64,000 bases of DNA, taken from the NCBI GenBank assembly GCA_024704765.1, contig JAKMXF010000321.1:1137006-1201005 (forward strand), read 5' to 3'. Shown here in pieces: positions 46,910-60,233 of the stretch; positions within the stretch are counted from its first letter, which is position 1, and each line of letters begins with the position of its first letter. Source of the DNA: Oopsacas minuta (taxonomy: Eukaryota > Animalia > Porifera). The translations under genes and the position numbers were made by a program. A model generated the notes under the pieces. That model did not search any database. It saw nothing but the letters and a program-made list of their open reading frames with translations, and was not told where the DNA came from.

Positions 46910-48556
46910 GTTTCTTCCAGTCTGCTGACAAACATGAATTTTGCATGTACTAATACGCCTAAGTAAGGCATTGTGATTTCATCATACTTGTACCTCACAT
47001 ACATTTCCTTTGTGTCTGCAAGAGCGTTGCATCATATCAAAATGATTAATTTGGGGACAAGCAATAAATATAATACAGAGAATCACTGTGATAAATGATT
47101 AATTAAGTGTGTTGGATATTCGTCAGTTGTACTTTTGCTATTCGATTGGACATCAAGTGTCACTATATGTCGCAAGGATGTTCAAATAAATTCGAACGAT
47201 CTATTCGGTCGGGGATGAGAAACAAGTATGTTACTCTACTAGCCTATTATGTCAGATGCATTAGATATTTTTGTAAAATGTCTTTGTATTGCATACTTTC
47301 CAACTGCCCGTTTTTGACAGGACATGAACGTCCAGCTATTACCGGAATGTGTTGAAGGTAATGTCCCACCAAATTTACCAAAAACCTTAATTGTCCCGCA
47401 TTTTTGTAGTCCAGTCTAATACAAATATGCTACGTCCCGCCATGTCTCGCTAAATTAGTGCCTTACTGAGATAAATAAAGTCATAGAGTCACGTATTCTC
47501 CATCCTGTGGCCTACGTTTATGATTTAATTTCATATGTGTGTACATTATTTTAAGGAGGCATTCAAGGTATAATTCAGCTCATTTCTATTGATTTCTCCA
47601 TACAAATCTTGTTAATCAAAAGTTTAGGATTAAGCCTCATTCAAATAATCTGAATATTATAATAATATAATTTAAATACAGTACTAAACTTAGGTTTTCC
47701 AGTCATTGCAGTATTCTATTTGGGTGGTCATTTTTTCACAGTTTCGAAATATTTTCGCGGATTTTCTTAAGAACATTTTAATCTAATACAATCATTTATC
47801 ATAAATATAATGTAACTTAACCGATTACGCAGAAGTGTTACTTTCGTAACATATAGAAAAACTAATAATTTGATACTTAGTTTTAACCAATTCCAGTATA
47901 CAAATCGAATTTTTGCACCTTTTTGACATGATAAAATCGCTCATTTTTCCCGTTCGTATTCGGTTAAGCAATTCAATTTGTAGAATTAAAAAATTTTCAT
48001 CCATGCTATTGAAGCTCAATTATTGTGTATTTGTGTGTGTGTCCTTTATATTCATTAAAACAACAAGAATGTAAATTCTTTGTTGTTTGAAAGAATATAA
48101 AGTAAACCGATTGTTGAAATATTAATATATTCATTCAATTTTGCAATTTTATACTTTGCTAAACTCGAGGCACAAAGTGCCGAGTCTCATACGAACATAA
48201 AGTGTTGGCAAGCCCCACAGCGCGAGCAAGCAAAGCGGCTCGTTTTTAATTGTAACTTGGTCATTAATGAAATAATAGGATCTTAGGAATGTTACTTCCG
48301 AAATGTTCACGTAAACAAGCAATATATATATATATTTAAGAAATCCGAAACAATACCCAACTCATCAAAGAGAACCAACAAACAAGAGCTGGTAAGCATC
48401 CGAGCAACAGCCAGGAGCAATATTGACAGCCATCAAAATGTAAAAATCTTCACTATTGTAAAAATTGTGCGAAAAATGTTCGGCCGACAGACTGATAGTG
48501 CAGCTCAGGGTTATGTATTTTTGTTCTTTTCTTTTTGGGGGGCACGTTCCCCTGGC

Positions 48557-49966
48557 CAGTAGCGTCGAAAATAGGGTATAATTACACGGGGGCCCAGACC
48601 CCGCTTCTGTGAATGTATGCTACATAGGTTTGGACATTTTAAGAATATCAAATCTATCTATAAATTCTAGAAAATTTTATTACCAGTTCGTATATGGTAT
48701 ATGCAATTTCGTTTAATTGAACTTAATTTTTCTGATTACGTCATCTCCATTTTCTCTTTGTATATTTTCCTGTATTATTTTGAAATATTGATAAACTAAT
48801 TCAATTTTGTAAATTCAAAGATTAATCTCATGAAAATATGAACGTGGATCGAGATTACCAACTTAATCCTTGCAACGCTTAAAGGATATGGAATACCAAT
48901 TGCTGATTGTCGTGGACAAGGCTACGACAATGCAACAAATATGTCTGTCAGATACAATGGTGCTTAAAAGCATATAAATACAGCCAATCCCTTATGTTTA
49001 TACTTTCCTTGTGCCTGCCATTCATTAAACCTGCTTGGAGCGGATTCTGCTGAAAGTTAAACCGAGGGTATCACCTACTTTTGCATGATTCAAACAATCT
49101 ACGACCTTTTCTCTAGTCCTCATATTATAACTGCACATAACATGCTCTGTCTGGAACAAGATAGATAGATCGTGTCGCTAGTGTGCGGTCGGAAATTACA
49201 GAAAAAGTAAAACGAGTTGGGAGAAGAGAAAATTCGTCATAAAGCCATACATATTGCTAATTTTGGAAAAGAATCATTGTGTGTGGTCCTCCAAAGCTAT
49301 GAATGTTATCATAAAATATTAGTTAGATGAAATATTTGCATTATTGTACTGCCTTGAGGATGTTCTGCACATTTCCGGTGTACTGCTCAGATTAACTAAC
49401 CACCACCCAGTTAACCCCGGGGTTAAAATAGGCTAGCCCAGATTATCCCCGTGGTTAAACTGGGTGGGGAGGTTATTCTAGGCTGCTACACCGATTACCG
49501 TTGCTTGCGCTGAAAGTTCGTTTAGTAAGCTGAAACTCATCAAGAACTTTCTGAGAAGCTCTATTCGCCAAGGAAGACTGAATGACCTCGCAATGTTGAG
49601 CATTGAGGCTGAACTTGCAAGGTGTATTGATTTCAAGATATTATTAATGATTTTGCAGTGAATAAGCACGCAAATATTTTTGCTGATTACACTGACTGTA
49701 GTATGTTTACTCTTTTTGACTGTTCTTAACTCTAACAACTTTTGTAGTATTATTAGTCTTTCATTTAGACTACTAACATCATAAAGTTTATAAATTCATA
49801 ATCTACGCCGAATAATAGGACTAAATTTAGTCACCAAATTCAATAAGGATAATACGAATGCGATAGTTTGCGTAAGTTTATTTATTTCACGATGGCTGAA
49901 CTAAATATCAGAGGGGCCTCCATTCAAAATTATGACCGGGGCCCACTCGAGCTCACGACGGCCCTG
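48557..49966 (+). mobile_element. Internally deleted hAT transposon (1410 bp)
   Basis: Ends CAGTAGCGTCG / CAGGGCCGTCG (reverse complement); TSD CCCCTGGC / CCCCTGAC. Remnants CRGQGYDNATNM..CACHSLNL and the dimerisation domain TVACAESSFSKLKLIKNFLRS..RLNDLAMLSIE. Confidence 0.8.
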
Positions 49967-52423
49967 CCCCTGACCCCCTCGTGTAGATGCCGCAATGCTC
50001 CAGACCCCGACTGTTTTCGGGCTCCTGGATCTGATAAATATTTCAGGATATTATTATTCGTCCCCTACTGCACTTCATGTTCTATCTTCAAATCCTGAGC
50101 TTAAAATTCAGAATGATTATCGTGCAATTAATAACTTCAATAGGTCATTTGCTAGTCCATTTACTGATGTTCAATTAGAACAGAATATCATCCATTTGGT
50201 AAAGTAGTTTTTTCGGTTGAGTCAAATATTAGACTATTCGGTTGCAACCTATGAAATAATAAATTTTCAAAAGTAATTAGTTGAATATTGATAAACAGGC
50301 AGGGACGCAAGACTGGCACGAAGGAGTGGTAAGGAGCGCATTACCTTGTGTTGGACCCCCTCGCGCGCCTGCAAAGAGGCTGCTGAGCTATAACGAAAGA
50401 TGAGGTATATCTAAAATTAGGATTATACATCTCTGAATTGGGGGGATTTCCTGCTCATAGAGCACGACCCACTGTTATCACAATAATACGTTAAGATAGG
50501 ACGAGGGTAAGATTCTAAAATTGCTGTGCCGCTGAATATCCGGTATTCCTATATGTAACGAATTGAAGCAGTAATCCAAACCTCTGACAATAAAATAACT
50601 AAATTACCATCTTTGACGGCTGTCCAATATTTTCAAGCGCCGGTCGGTCAGCGTGAAAACATGATTCTGCCGGTAGACGCCTTATCTGGAGAACTATGTA
50701 TTTTTTATTTACAATTACATTATGGACTCTAATATTCCATCCCAAATTTGGAAATATAGGTAAATTTTACTTTTGATAATATAATCAATGTGCCGCGGCA
50801 AATATTATTTCCTTTTGACGCCGCTCATTAGTTCGGGCTGAAAATATAATTTTAAAACCATACATTACACGGCCAATTAAACACCAAAACACACTTTTAA
50901 CGCGCCAAGTTAAACACCAATTTGACGATTATTTGTAGTATTTCCGACTATTTTCATTACGTACTTGTCAATCAAATCGCTCAAATGTATTTCTATAGGT
51001 ACTTTGTTGTATACAGTGATCTTCCGTTATAACCAAGTCAGATATAACGAAGAGTTTTTGATCCGCATGAAGCATTATGTTAATGTATATCACTTCGATT
51101 ATAGCGAAGTAAAATCACGGTCCCGAGGGCTTCATTATAACTGAGTTCACTGCATAACCAACAAGTCTCCCGGTCTGTCGCTCATTAATATCTTGCTTAG
51201 GCCATGTAAAATTAATTACTTGTTTCTCATTCGGAATTCCTTCGGAAACTGGAACGAAGGAAGGTATTTTATTTTTATTTTTATAGGCCAGTTAATATAT
51301 ATAAAATATATTCAACGATACATTCCAAGTCTACATGCAACTATATAATTGCGCTCCATTTTAGATCAAGTTGATAAGTATATATTTTCCCGCTATTTCA
51401 ATACTTTTTTTATCGTAACAATTATTAATACCAAACTGAATGATTACTGAATGATTAAATTAATGAATTAATGAACTTCTATGATACACTCCAAGTCTAC
51501 ATGGAAGTTAAAATGACAATCAAATTTTTATTAACTTAATAGGTAATTTATTAATTATATATATTTCCCGCGATATCAATACTTTGATCCTTACCGATAT
51601 AAAATTTTAACTTTGTTAACTATTTACAAATGGATAATCGATATAATGGTAAATCTTACGGGAGAAGAGGTGGCCGCAGACGTGGTGGATCCGGGAGAAG
51701 TGGGCAAGCATTTCTGCTATAAACTACCAGGTTAAAATTTCATGTAATTTTGGACATGATTGAAAAAGGACTGTAGTCGGGAAACTACCACAGCATTAGA
51801 CGATAAATAAAGATTTAAATCGATATTATAAATGAAATTTTAACAAATTGAAAATATTTCAAAATGTCCAAAATGACAAATGTGCATAAATTACAAACGT
51901 CCTTAAGGATACCGGGGTCGAACTATACACAGGTTACATGGTGAATTTCTTTGTTTATTTAGTGAGGCTAGTATATTAGATGTAAGTAAAATAATTTGGG
52001 CATAACACAAGGCTCTCAACTCTCACGATTTCGGGTCTACAAATACTACAGAATCCCTGGTTGTTTTAAAGAAAACTAATACTAAATTCAGCATCTCATG
52101 ATAGAATCGTGAGATATTGATGGTTTCCAGGTTGAGAGCCCTGACAACATTCAAGCGTGACCTACGTAATATAGGGCCTAGGCACAGAGATACCATGGAT
52201 TGATTGAAGGGGTAATATTTAATCCAACCATAATATTTATCACACATATAATCCTTTTAATATGTAATAAGTCGAAAATAGTTTTTCATTTTAATTGACA
52301 ATTTTCGTTTTACTACACTCCCAAGTTTATTTCTTGAATCTTGATTTCTCTTACCATCCATATTCTGGCCTTGACTCTTATTTTATTTTCTTAATTATTG
52401 ATTATTAGCCTTTTTGTATATCA

Positions 52424-52950
52424 ATGCCCAATATATGCTCCAATAGCAAAAGCGATTATTAGGGTGAAGGTTATACACCTGTTTTTTTGCCCAAGTCTCC
52501 AGGTATAGTGGACAATGGCGACAAGCTATTTGTAGAGAAGGAGCTTTGGAATTGAAGTCAATATATGTGTGTATCAAGCATTTTCGTAAGGAAGATATAC
52601 TACGAGCATTTTAAATTCATTAAATGGACGGCTCTATGCCACTTTTGAACGTTCGAAGCCCAAACTTTTAGAAACTACCCATCCCTTGTATCCTACCTGG
52701 TTGTCCGGCATACCTATCTTCCACCTGCTAACAAACCTGCCCGCCTCACGAATGAGTCTAAGGAACAAGAATCGTTTGATCAAGCATTGAGACTTAGCTT
52801 TGCCACCGACTTGTTGCAGAAGACAAATTCACACTTCATCACTTTACAGACCTGCTGAAAAAGCTTCCTTCATGTCTTTACCTGACAATTGCATTCAATG
52901 GCATACTCTTCACTTAATGTTACAGTGAAATCAATTGATACAACGGGATC
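52424..52950 (+). pseudogene. THAP-domain (P-element-type transposase N-terminus) remnant
   Basis: MPNIC..(stop, frameshift)..VFLPK..QWRQAICRE..YVCIKHFRKEDI, then ILPGCPAYLS: a C2CH THAP signature with lesions. End approximate. Confidence 0.6.
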
Positions 52951-53528
52951 AGTGAACGAAAGTTGTATTCAATAGCAGTGGTCAGCTGATCGCCAGCACA
53001 TCCCCAAGCTGTAAACTCTTCAAATCATATCTTAATTATCAATCTATGTTCAAAATATTAAATACCAAATGATATAAAACTCTGTACAAAATATAAGGAT
53101 GTTTCAAGATAAGGTTCTCACGTTTCTGAGGTCGCGTCGTTAGTCCAAATTCATATGTTTACGTTAGTCCAAATTTTTGGGTGATGTTTGCGTGAGTTGG
53201 ATCTGGAGCAGCTTGTGAGTTGCTGAGAGTATTTAGAACTCACGTTGGAAGGTGATAGAATTGGCATTTTCGTAGAGTATCTAGCTAGATTGGCTTGAGC
53301 TGAGAAGATGAGCATTTCAGTATACTATTTGGATAACTGGTGTGGTGTTTGATTGGATTCGAATTGGATCTGTAGCAGGCTGTGAGTTGCTGAGAGTATT
53401 TATATTCAAACAACAAAAGTAAATGGCTGTATTTCCTCGCGACTAAATTTCCCCGTGCATGCATGCATTCGATCACCAGATATTTGGACTAATGCATGCG
53501 TCCCTTTCTGAGTTATCGTACAGACTGC

Positions 53529-53779
53529 GGATAGCACATGTATCCTCTTATAACTCGATAATCGTGCATTTTATAATACCATTTTATAGTATACACCCAA
53601 CTTCCCATACCCTTGCAATACTTTTTGATAAAATATCTCTCAAGATTATTGCGGAATCTCTTAATTGACCATTTATGGGCATATTTATGATTACGCCATA
53701 TAGGTAAGAGATATCATATGACCATTATGTCCACGATTATCGAGTTATAAATGGATATTGGTAAAACATGTGCTATCCA
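53529..53779. repeat. Diverged core of a relative of the 36240 fold-back
   Basis: Shares CCCAACTTCCCATACC.TTGCAATAC and GACCAT.TATGGGCAT with the 36.7-kb centre; inverted TTATAACTCGATAATCGTG at 53548-53566 and 53732-53750. Another relative lies at ~23340-23560. Confidence 0.65.
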
Positions 53780-54597
53780 TGGTATATGCTATAAGAAAAA
53801 AGCCAGCTTTATCATGACAAATTTTTATATTTTGTACAGGAACGGTTCTAGATCATTTGGAATTTTAACATTTTGAACAGATTAATACTTAACTTTCCAC
53901 ATGGTTTCAAAGATGGAACATGTGTTAATACATATTTGCCAATTATGCTAGTAGATGACGTCACTTCGATCTGTAAATCTTCACAAATGTGGCTTTTGTG
54001 AATTCTTGCATATCAATAATACATTTATTCGAGTGAAAATTACCAGTTTCTAATTATCTGCCGTTATAGAATTTCCCATCAAAATATAGCCTCTTCCTTT
54101 TATCCCTGGCCCAGTGAAAATGGGCTCAGTGATCAGGCTTTATCTTAATTATAGTTCCACATTATAGCAAAATCCATGAAATACACACCTTTAGGGTTAG
54201 TACTGTACGAATGTGTCTAATGAATATATAATCTGTGTGATCCTTGTTGTGACGAAATTATAAAATTTTGCAACTTTACATATTCATTAGAAAATATCCA
54301 AATACTTTATGAAACATTTTTAACATTTCTAAGGAAACGTAGGGTTATAAGGAGATTATCTTAGCAAGGCACATATGAAGGGTATAGATCCGTATTGTAC
54401 AGGTTACCTATATAGTTCAGACCCTAAGCTATTTAGTTTGTGCTGTGGTACACTAAGGAATATATAATATGTAATATTTCAAATATTTGTAGGTACTATA
54501 CAGCTATACAATAGTCAGTACTAATGACTTTGACCTACAGTATCTATCTGGTTTATATTAGTAATTCTATATCATAATAGTATTTGTAGATTGTATA

Positions 54598-56450
54598 ATG
54601 GCAGATAAGTTAATAGACTCAGAAGGGAGAGAGAACTTGGTCTACATAAAGACAGATGCTGGTAGCTATAGAGGTTGGAGGGTTGATTTGTTGATAGACC
54701 CCTTATCCAACAAAATGGAAGAGAAATATTGCTATGTGCCTTTTGTAATGGATTGTTAAGAGATGCTTGTTTCTACCAGGGAGGAGTGAGGTGTGGTGTC
54801 TGCATTCCTGAGGGCGTAGCATGGCAACCTGTCATAATGAACGGTGAAATTGTCTCCGATAAAATGGTAGTTTATTTGTTGTTATTTACAAGTGTTTGTT
54901 TGTGTTTACAGATGAGTTACCGTAGTCTGGGGCTACTTTGGCCCACTGGATTTGCTTTAGCCCAAATATCAAAGTTTCAAAGCAACTAGATTAGATTCAG
55001 TATTATACTTAAATATGACTTGCCAAATTTTTAACGAATTTTCAAATATCGGTAGACAATTTCGAATATAAATACAATATCTATTCGATACGTAAGGAAA
55101 TTTCAATACTTGGGCTAAACCAAACCCAGTGGGCCAAAGTAGCCCCAGTTTACGGTATTTATTTTAGATTAGTTGTCTCTGAAGAAGAGAGGGTGTGAAT
55201 GGAGTGACACAGTGAGACAGCAATACACCACCTGGAGGAAAGTGAGTTCTTTCTGTACTGTGTCCTCTGGGTTGTGTCTGTCTAGAGGGAGAGAGGAAGG
55301 GGAAAGTCATGAAACTGAAGAAGAGACTGGTTCCAGAACACCAGAGAGACTCTTGTCCCTTAAGAGAACTGGTGAGTGAATTAAGCGTGAATAAAGTTAA
55401 AGCCTGTGAGATGAATCTGTTTGGAGGACTGTGAGCACTTTCGAGTTCCTTGTCCTAATAGATATGTGATAGAAGGAGAGGATCCAGACAAGTGAAGAAG
55501 GGAGATGTTCCTATACATTTAGCTAATGAGTACAGAAAGTAGAGTGTCCTTATTGGGTCTATGGGTGTAGAGAGGAGATGGTGAGGAAAGAGATGGATAA
55601 CCATGAAAGAGAAATCGTGCATATTCACTACAGATTATCCATGACTGACATGAAACTGAAACAAATTGAAACATCTAAACTATTGCAAGACAAACTTGCT
55701 ACAGCAACTGGAGAGAATAGCATTCGTAGAAAATGATAATGAAATTATTACTAAAGAGCTATCAGAAGTCAAACAAAAACAAATAGAAACATCTAAAGAT
55801 CATAAACTAAGATAAAAGACAAACTTGACTGGACTACTGAGAAGATAAAATTCTTAGAAATTGAGAATGAAAGTAAAACCAAAGAACTATCAAAATTTAA
55901 TCATATGGAAGAGAACCTGAATCATCGAAATGAAACATCTAAAGATAATAAACTGATAGAAGAGAAAATGTCCATAGCAAATTCCAAAATCGAGAATTTA
56001 AAGAACCACATTACTGAGAAAGATTCAGAACTGGAATCAGTCAAAGCAATTCCTTATTCTTATACACCTCTACCTCTACCTACAGACAATTAGAATCGAA
56101 GATTAAAGGTTTTAAACAGAAGATAGAAAACTGAGAGAATATCCGTTCTGTGTAGGTTTATACAAGTGTGTCAGTGGAATATTCGATGGGATTGGTGGAT
56201 TCCAGATAAAATAGGTCTTTACATATATATATTATGAAAGGAGATTATAATGATAAACTCCACTAGCTTATCAAATACAAATTTACGTTTATTCTACTCA
56301 ATCACATTAAGTAGGCTATGATAAAACCCATTGTATAGTAATATATACATACATATTTACATTTGAGATTCTTGACATTATCTTTCCTTATTTTACTTTT
56401 TAGCAAAAACCAATTCTAATCTATTGATCATTGCTAAAGGGATGAATGTT
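54598..56450 (+). pseudogene. TRAF-like: TRAF-like pseudogene (RING-like domain, TRAF zinc fingers, coiled coil, MATH remnant)
   Basis: Fragments in changing frames: LLCAFCNGLLRDAC..RCGVC; SC.LKKRGCEW; LCPLGC..EHQRDSCPLRE; DCEHFRVPCPNR; CPYWVYGCREEMVRKEMDNHE; coiled coil; LESKIKGFKQK; MKGDYNDKLH*LIKYKFTFILLN. Intron 54867-55167. Many frameshifts and stops; 3' end approximate. Confidence 0.8.
54920..55155. mobile_element. 236-bp Tc1/pogo-type MITE inside the TRAF pseudogene intron
   Basis: ~60-bp TIRs CCGTA..CTGGGGCTACTTTGGCCCACTGG; TA TSD at 54918-54919 and 55156-55157. Confidence 0.8.
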
Positions 56451-57059
56451 GGGTAATAATTTAGGGGTAAAAGGACGGACAAAGAAAGTTCGAGCTAAGA
56501 TAAAGAAGTGTCTGGTACGAATGAATCGGAAGATCAAGAGTTAGTTGGGCAGATAGCTGTCCGAAGCTTTATTGTTCCAAACCCCAAGCTGAGAAAAAAA
56601 AGGCTTATAAGACTCGTCTCAGCTACAATAAAATCTGTGAGGAAAATTATCCTTGGGTGTACTGGGAAAACGTTGAAGAAGGAATGTTTTGTAGATTTTG
56701 TCAACGACGAGGAAATGCTCCATCAACAGCGAAAGTGGATGGACCACCAGGGAATTAATGATAGGAATCACGCTACTGAATTACTAAGGCTTCATAGAGA
56801 TGCTACTTTGTATGATTTCTAGTCCAAACAGCCACAAACCAAGACACCTCAAATAAATCATTAGAAGTGATACCAATCATTATTTATTAAATAAGGAAAT
56901 GACCAAATGACACTCAATAGCAGACTTATTATATTTATTAATATAAAATAATGCGTAAATAGAAGGATCCACATCTAATATTCTTTATATTGAGGACCAT
57001 TAAGCCTTGAGCGAGCCCGCAACATTTGACTCACAGTTACTGTTCCTTATGAATATTTA

Positions 57060-57700
57060 TCCCATAGAGTGAAAATTGCAGCTTGCATTCTCGTGTAAGT
57101 GATCTTTGGTATCTTTTCAATTTATTTTGAGATACTAGATGTAGTTGTAGTGTGATTACCTGAGACTCTTTATGTAATACAACTTTGCTCTTCGAGCTCT
57201 AGCATTAATTCTTAAATGCCATCCTTCGCATTTGTTATTGGTGCGTACAGTTTGATTAAATACGGACCAATCTTAAGGTGTGCACTGTCCATCCATCCAT
57301 GTATTATCTATATTAGTTGTGAGTTGATGTTCAATATCATTACTGACTCCACCTTCTAAAATTCTGAGAGCCGGTTCTATATGCTCGTATAGCGAAATCA
57401 TGAGTTGAATTGTTACTCAAATATAGTGGCTGCAAACCCAAGAGTTGGATATTCCTCCATACTTGCCTGTGTCCAGTGAGAGGAACAACCTTGAAGTTCC
57501 ACTTCAGTCCTGGATAGACTATTGGGAAGACTTCCATAAATAAGATTCAAAATCCATCACAGCACTTTAAACAGCTGGTGTGCACCAAAGACATTCTAAT
57601 ACCTTCTTGAGTACAGGGTGGTACTAGTAAAGCTTCTAAGATCAACATACATACTTATGGGCCAAAAATCGAATTCCGCATAGAACAACCTTTAGTCAAC
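57060..57700 (-). pseudogene. MULE transposase remnant (catalytic and C-terminal part)
   Basis: AVMDFES, QVWRNIQLLGLQ and NTWMDG..DWSVFNQTVRTNNKCEGWH on the minus strand. Boundaries approximate. Confidence 0.7.
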
Positions 57701-58890
57701 TTATAGGCTACAAGTAGCAAACGATAATGAAGTTCTTCAGAAGCATCATATTGATGGGCCTCAAAATGCACTGTACACTTCGTAATTTTCAGCAGTAATA
57801 CTTTTGGAAGCTATAGATGAATGGATAAATTATATGCTTTTGGACAGTTTAAAATCAAGCCCATACTTTTAAATTATAGTAGATGAGTGTGAGGATATTA
57901 ATATAAATGAAGAACTCACGATATAATTTAGGTGAATAGTGGATGGAGAGCCAGAGGAGCATTTTGTTAACATCCTTCACATAACTATTCAGGATGCATC
58001 CACCATCACTGATGCGATTTGTCCTTTTATGGAATCGAATAATCTAGCGTATAACAACTGATTGGAGAAGGTTATGATGGTGCTGCTACATTTTCTGGTC
58101 ACAGAAGTGGAGTTCGAATGAGAATACCTACTCATGCTCCTCATGCCATTTATCTACACTGTTCTTGCCATAAGCTCCAACTAGCGAGTGTACAAGCTGC
58201 AAAGAATTCCCTGAAATAAAAAGGTTTTTCGTAATGATGGGAAATTTGTGGAAGTTTTTCTTTTACTCTCCCAAAAGGGCCGAAGCCCTTAAGGAAGTAC
58301 AACCTGCACTTAGGTTACCTGAGTTGAAAATAGTTAAACCAACTGATGCAAGGTGGCTTTCACACAAAAGGTGTATAAGAGCTATCTAGAAAGAACTTCC
58401 TGCTGTTATTATTACACTTCAACAGATATCAGAGACTTCCGGTGATGTTGAAGCATATGGCATCAGTGTACTCTTAGCTAGCCAGATTGGAGTATCTAGT
58501 GTTATACTTCTTTCGAAAGTGCTTGACATTCCTGTGAAATTGAGTATAGCCATGCAAATGAAGATTGCAGATTTTATCAAGTTACCCTATCTCTGCTTGA
58601 AACTGAACATAAGATTAGCATCATTTCGTGTTATGGATCCTCAAGAAGTAGATCGTCTACAAGCTAGAGCTAAAACTGTGTTTGAGTAACGATCTCTTAT
58701 TGCAATTCATATATTGAGAACTTCTGACGAATATTAAGTTACGATTTACTGATAAATCGGTTAATGATATAGTTGCCATATCAGTATTCTGTCCAGTCCT
58801 AATCCTTGAAGACGAATCTCTAACCACGTATGGAGATGATAGCATAGCTTTTCTCGCACATTTCCTTAGAAATGAAGCAGCAGTATAATA

Positions 58891-60233
58891 CAGGGTGTCT
58901 CAAAAGTTTTTTCACCTTATTCATCAAGCCAGTAAATTGTATTTATTGTAAAGAATCATTAGACTATTTGCCAATGTATTCACCGTTAAGTTCAATACAA
59001 GAATTAATGCGGTTTGGCATTCCATCGATTAAATTCTGGAGAATCGATGGGCTAATACCACTCCAGATATTTTCCAAGATTTTCGCCAGTTGTTTAGATT
59101 AGTAGCGGGCTTCCTCTTGTCCAGCTCTGCCTGCATAATGGCCCACAGATTTTCTATAGGATTCAAATCTGGCGAGTTATTAGGCCATATATCTTTCGCC
59201 CAGAATCCTGGTAAATGATCAGAAAGCCACTTCTGTGTCTTTATAGCAGAATGAGCAGGGGCTCCATCCTGCATAAAAAAAGTGTCGGATATCTTTCGAT
59301 ACAATTTCCTCTGAGTCAGGGGCCCTCTCATCTTCTTACGTTTATAGGTAGGGAGACAGCACTTAGCCAGTATTTCATTGATATAATAGTCCGCATTCAC
59401 AGAATGTCTTGGGGAGATTAGATGGAGTTCTGATAGTCCACGATGACTCATCATTCCCCAGACCATTAATCTTGGAGGATTTTTGACCGTTTCGACTGGA
59501 GTGATATTACGCGAACTGACGTCCCAAACCCGATCATTCTGTGAATTTGTAGGGTGAAAAAGCTCAAAGGGACTTTCATCACTGAAGAAAACTCGCTCCC
59601 AATCAAGTGAAGTCCAAGATTTATGCTCAAGACAGAACTTGACCCTTTTAGACTTCTGTACTTCCGTCAATTTAGGGTTTGATGGCCGTTTATACGCTTT
59701 AGCCCCAATAGAATTGTGTAAATAACGGTGAACAGTATCTTTACTAATAGCAACATATTTACTTGAAATATATTTCGCCAATTTCCGAGTTGAATGCCAT
59801 CGTTTGCCTATGGATTTTCGAATTATTATTTTTGGGACTCGGGAAAGTTTCGGCGGACGTCCAGAACGAGGCTTGTCATTGAGCATTTCTCCAGCTTTTT
59901 GCTTTTTGTTCCAATTCTTTACGGTTCGAATTGTGACTCCAAGTGTGTCAGCAACTGTTCTTTGACTGGAACCAGCTAGTAGCATACCTATCGCTCTCTC
60001 GCGGATGGATAATCTCGTCATTTTGACATCCATAATATTGAAATTTGATAATTATACAAAGTATCGCAAAATGAATCACAAAATTAAATATTTGATACTA
60101 CTCATGGTTGAGAACATTAATCAACTATAAATTGACAATGCTAAAATAAATGGGTAGGTAGTAAATGAGGTAGACTGATTTCTGTTCAAATATATTGAAA
60201 TACTAATGGTGAAAAAACTTTTGAGACACCCTG
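58891..60233 (-). mobile_element. Full-length Tc1-like DD37E element, 1343 bp
   Basis: Perfect 26-bp TIRs CAGGGTGTCTCAAAAGTTTTTTCACC; TA TSD at 58889-58890 and 60234-60235. Confidence 0.95.
59029..60033 (-). CDS. DD37E transposase, 334 aa, complete triad but C-terminus altered by a 1-bp frameshift
   Basis: HTH region, FSDES / MQDGAPAH / NSPDLNPIENLW with 37 residues between D2 and E. The canonical tail KQLAKILENIWSGI..MPNRINSCIELNGEYIGK* lies in another frame ending at 58964. Confidence 0.85.
   Translation of the reverse strand: MDVKMTRLSIRERAIGMLLAGSSQRTVADTLGVTIRTVKNWNKKQKAGEMLNDKPRSGRPPKLSRVPKIIIRKSIGKRWHSTRKLAKYISSKYVAISKDTVHRYLHNSIGAKAYKRPSNPKLTEVQKSKRVKFCLEHKSWTSLDWERVFFSDESPFELFHPTNSQNDRVWDVSSRNITPVETVKNPPRLMVWGMMSHRGLSELHLISPRHSVNADYYINEILAKCCLPTYKRKKMRGPLTQRKLYRKISDTFFMQDGAPAHSAIKTQKWLSDHLPGFWAKDIWPNNSPDLNPIENLWAIMQAELDKRKPATNLNNWRKSWKISGVVLAHRFSRI

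Noticed and set aside
56508-56822. 104-aa ORF between the TRAF pseudogene and the MULE remnant
   Set aside because: GTG start, no recognisable motif or splice context; probably a chance ORF in decayed sequence.
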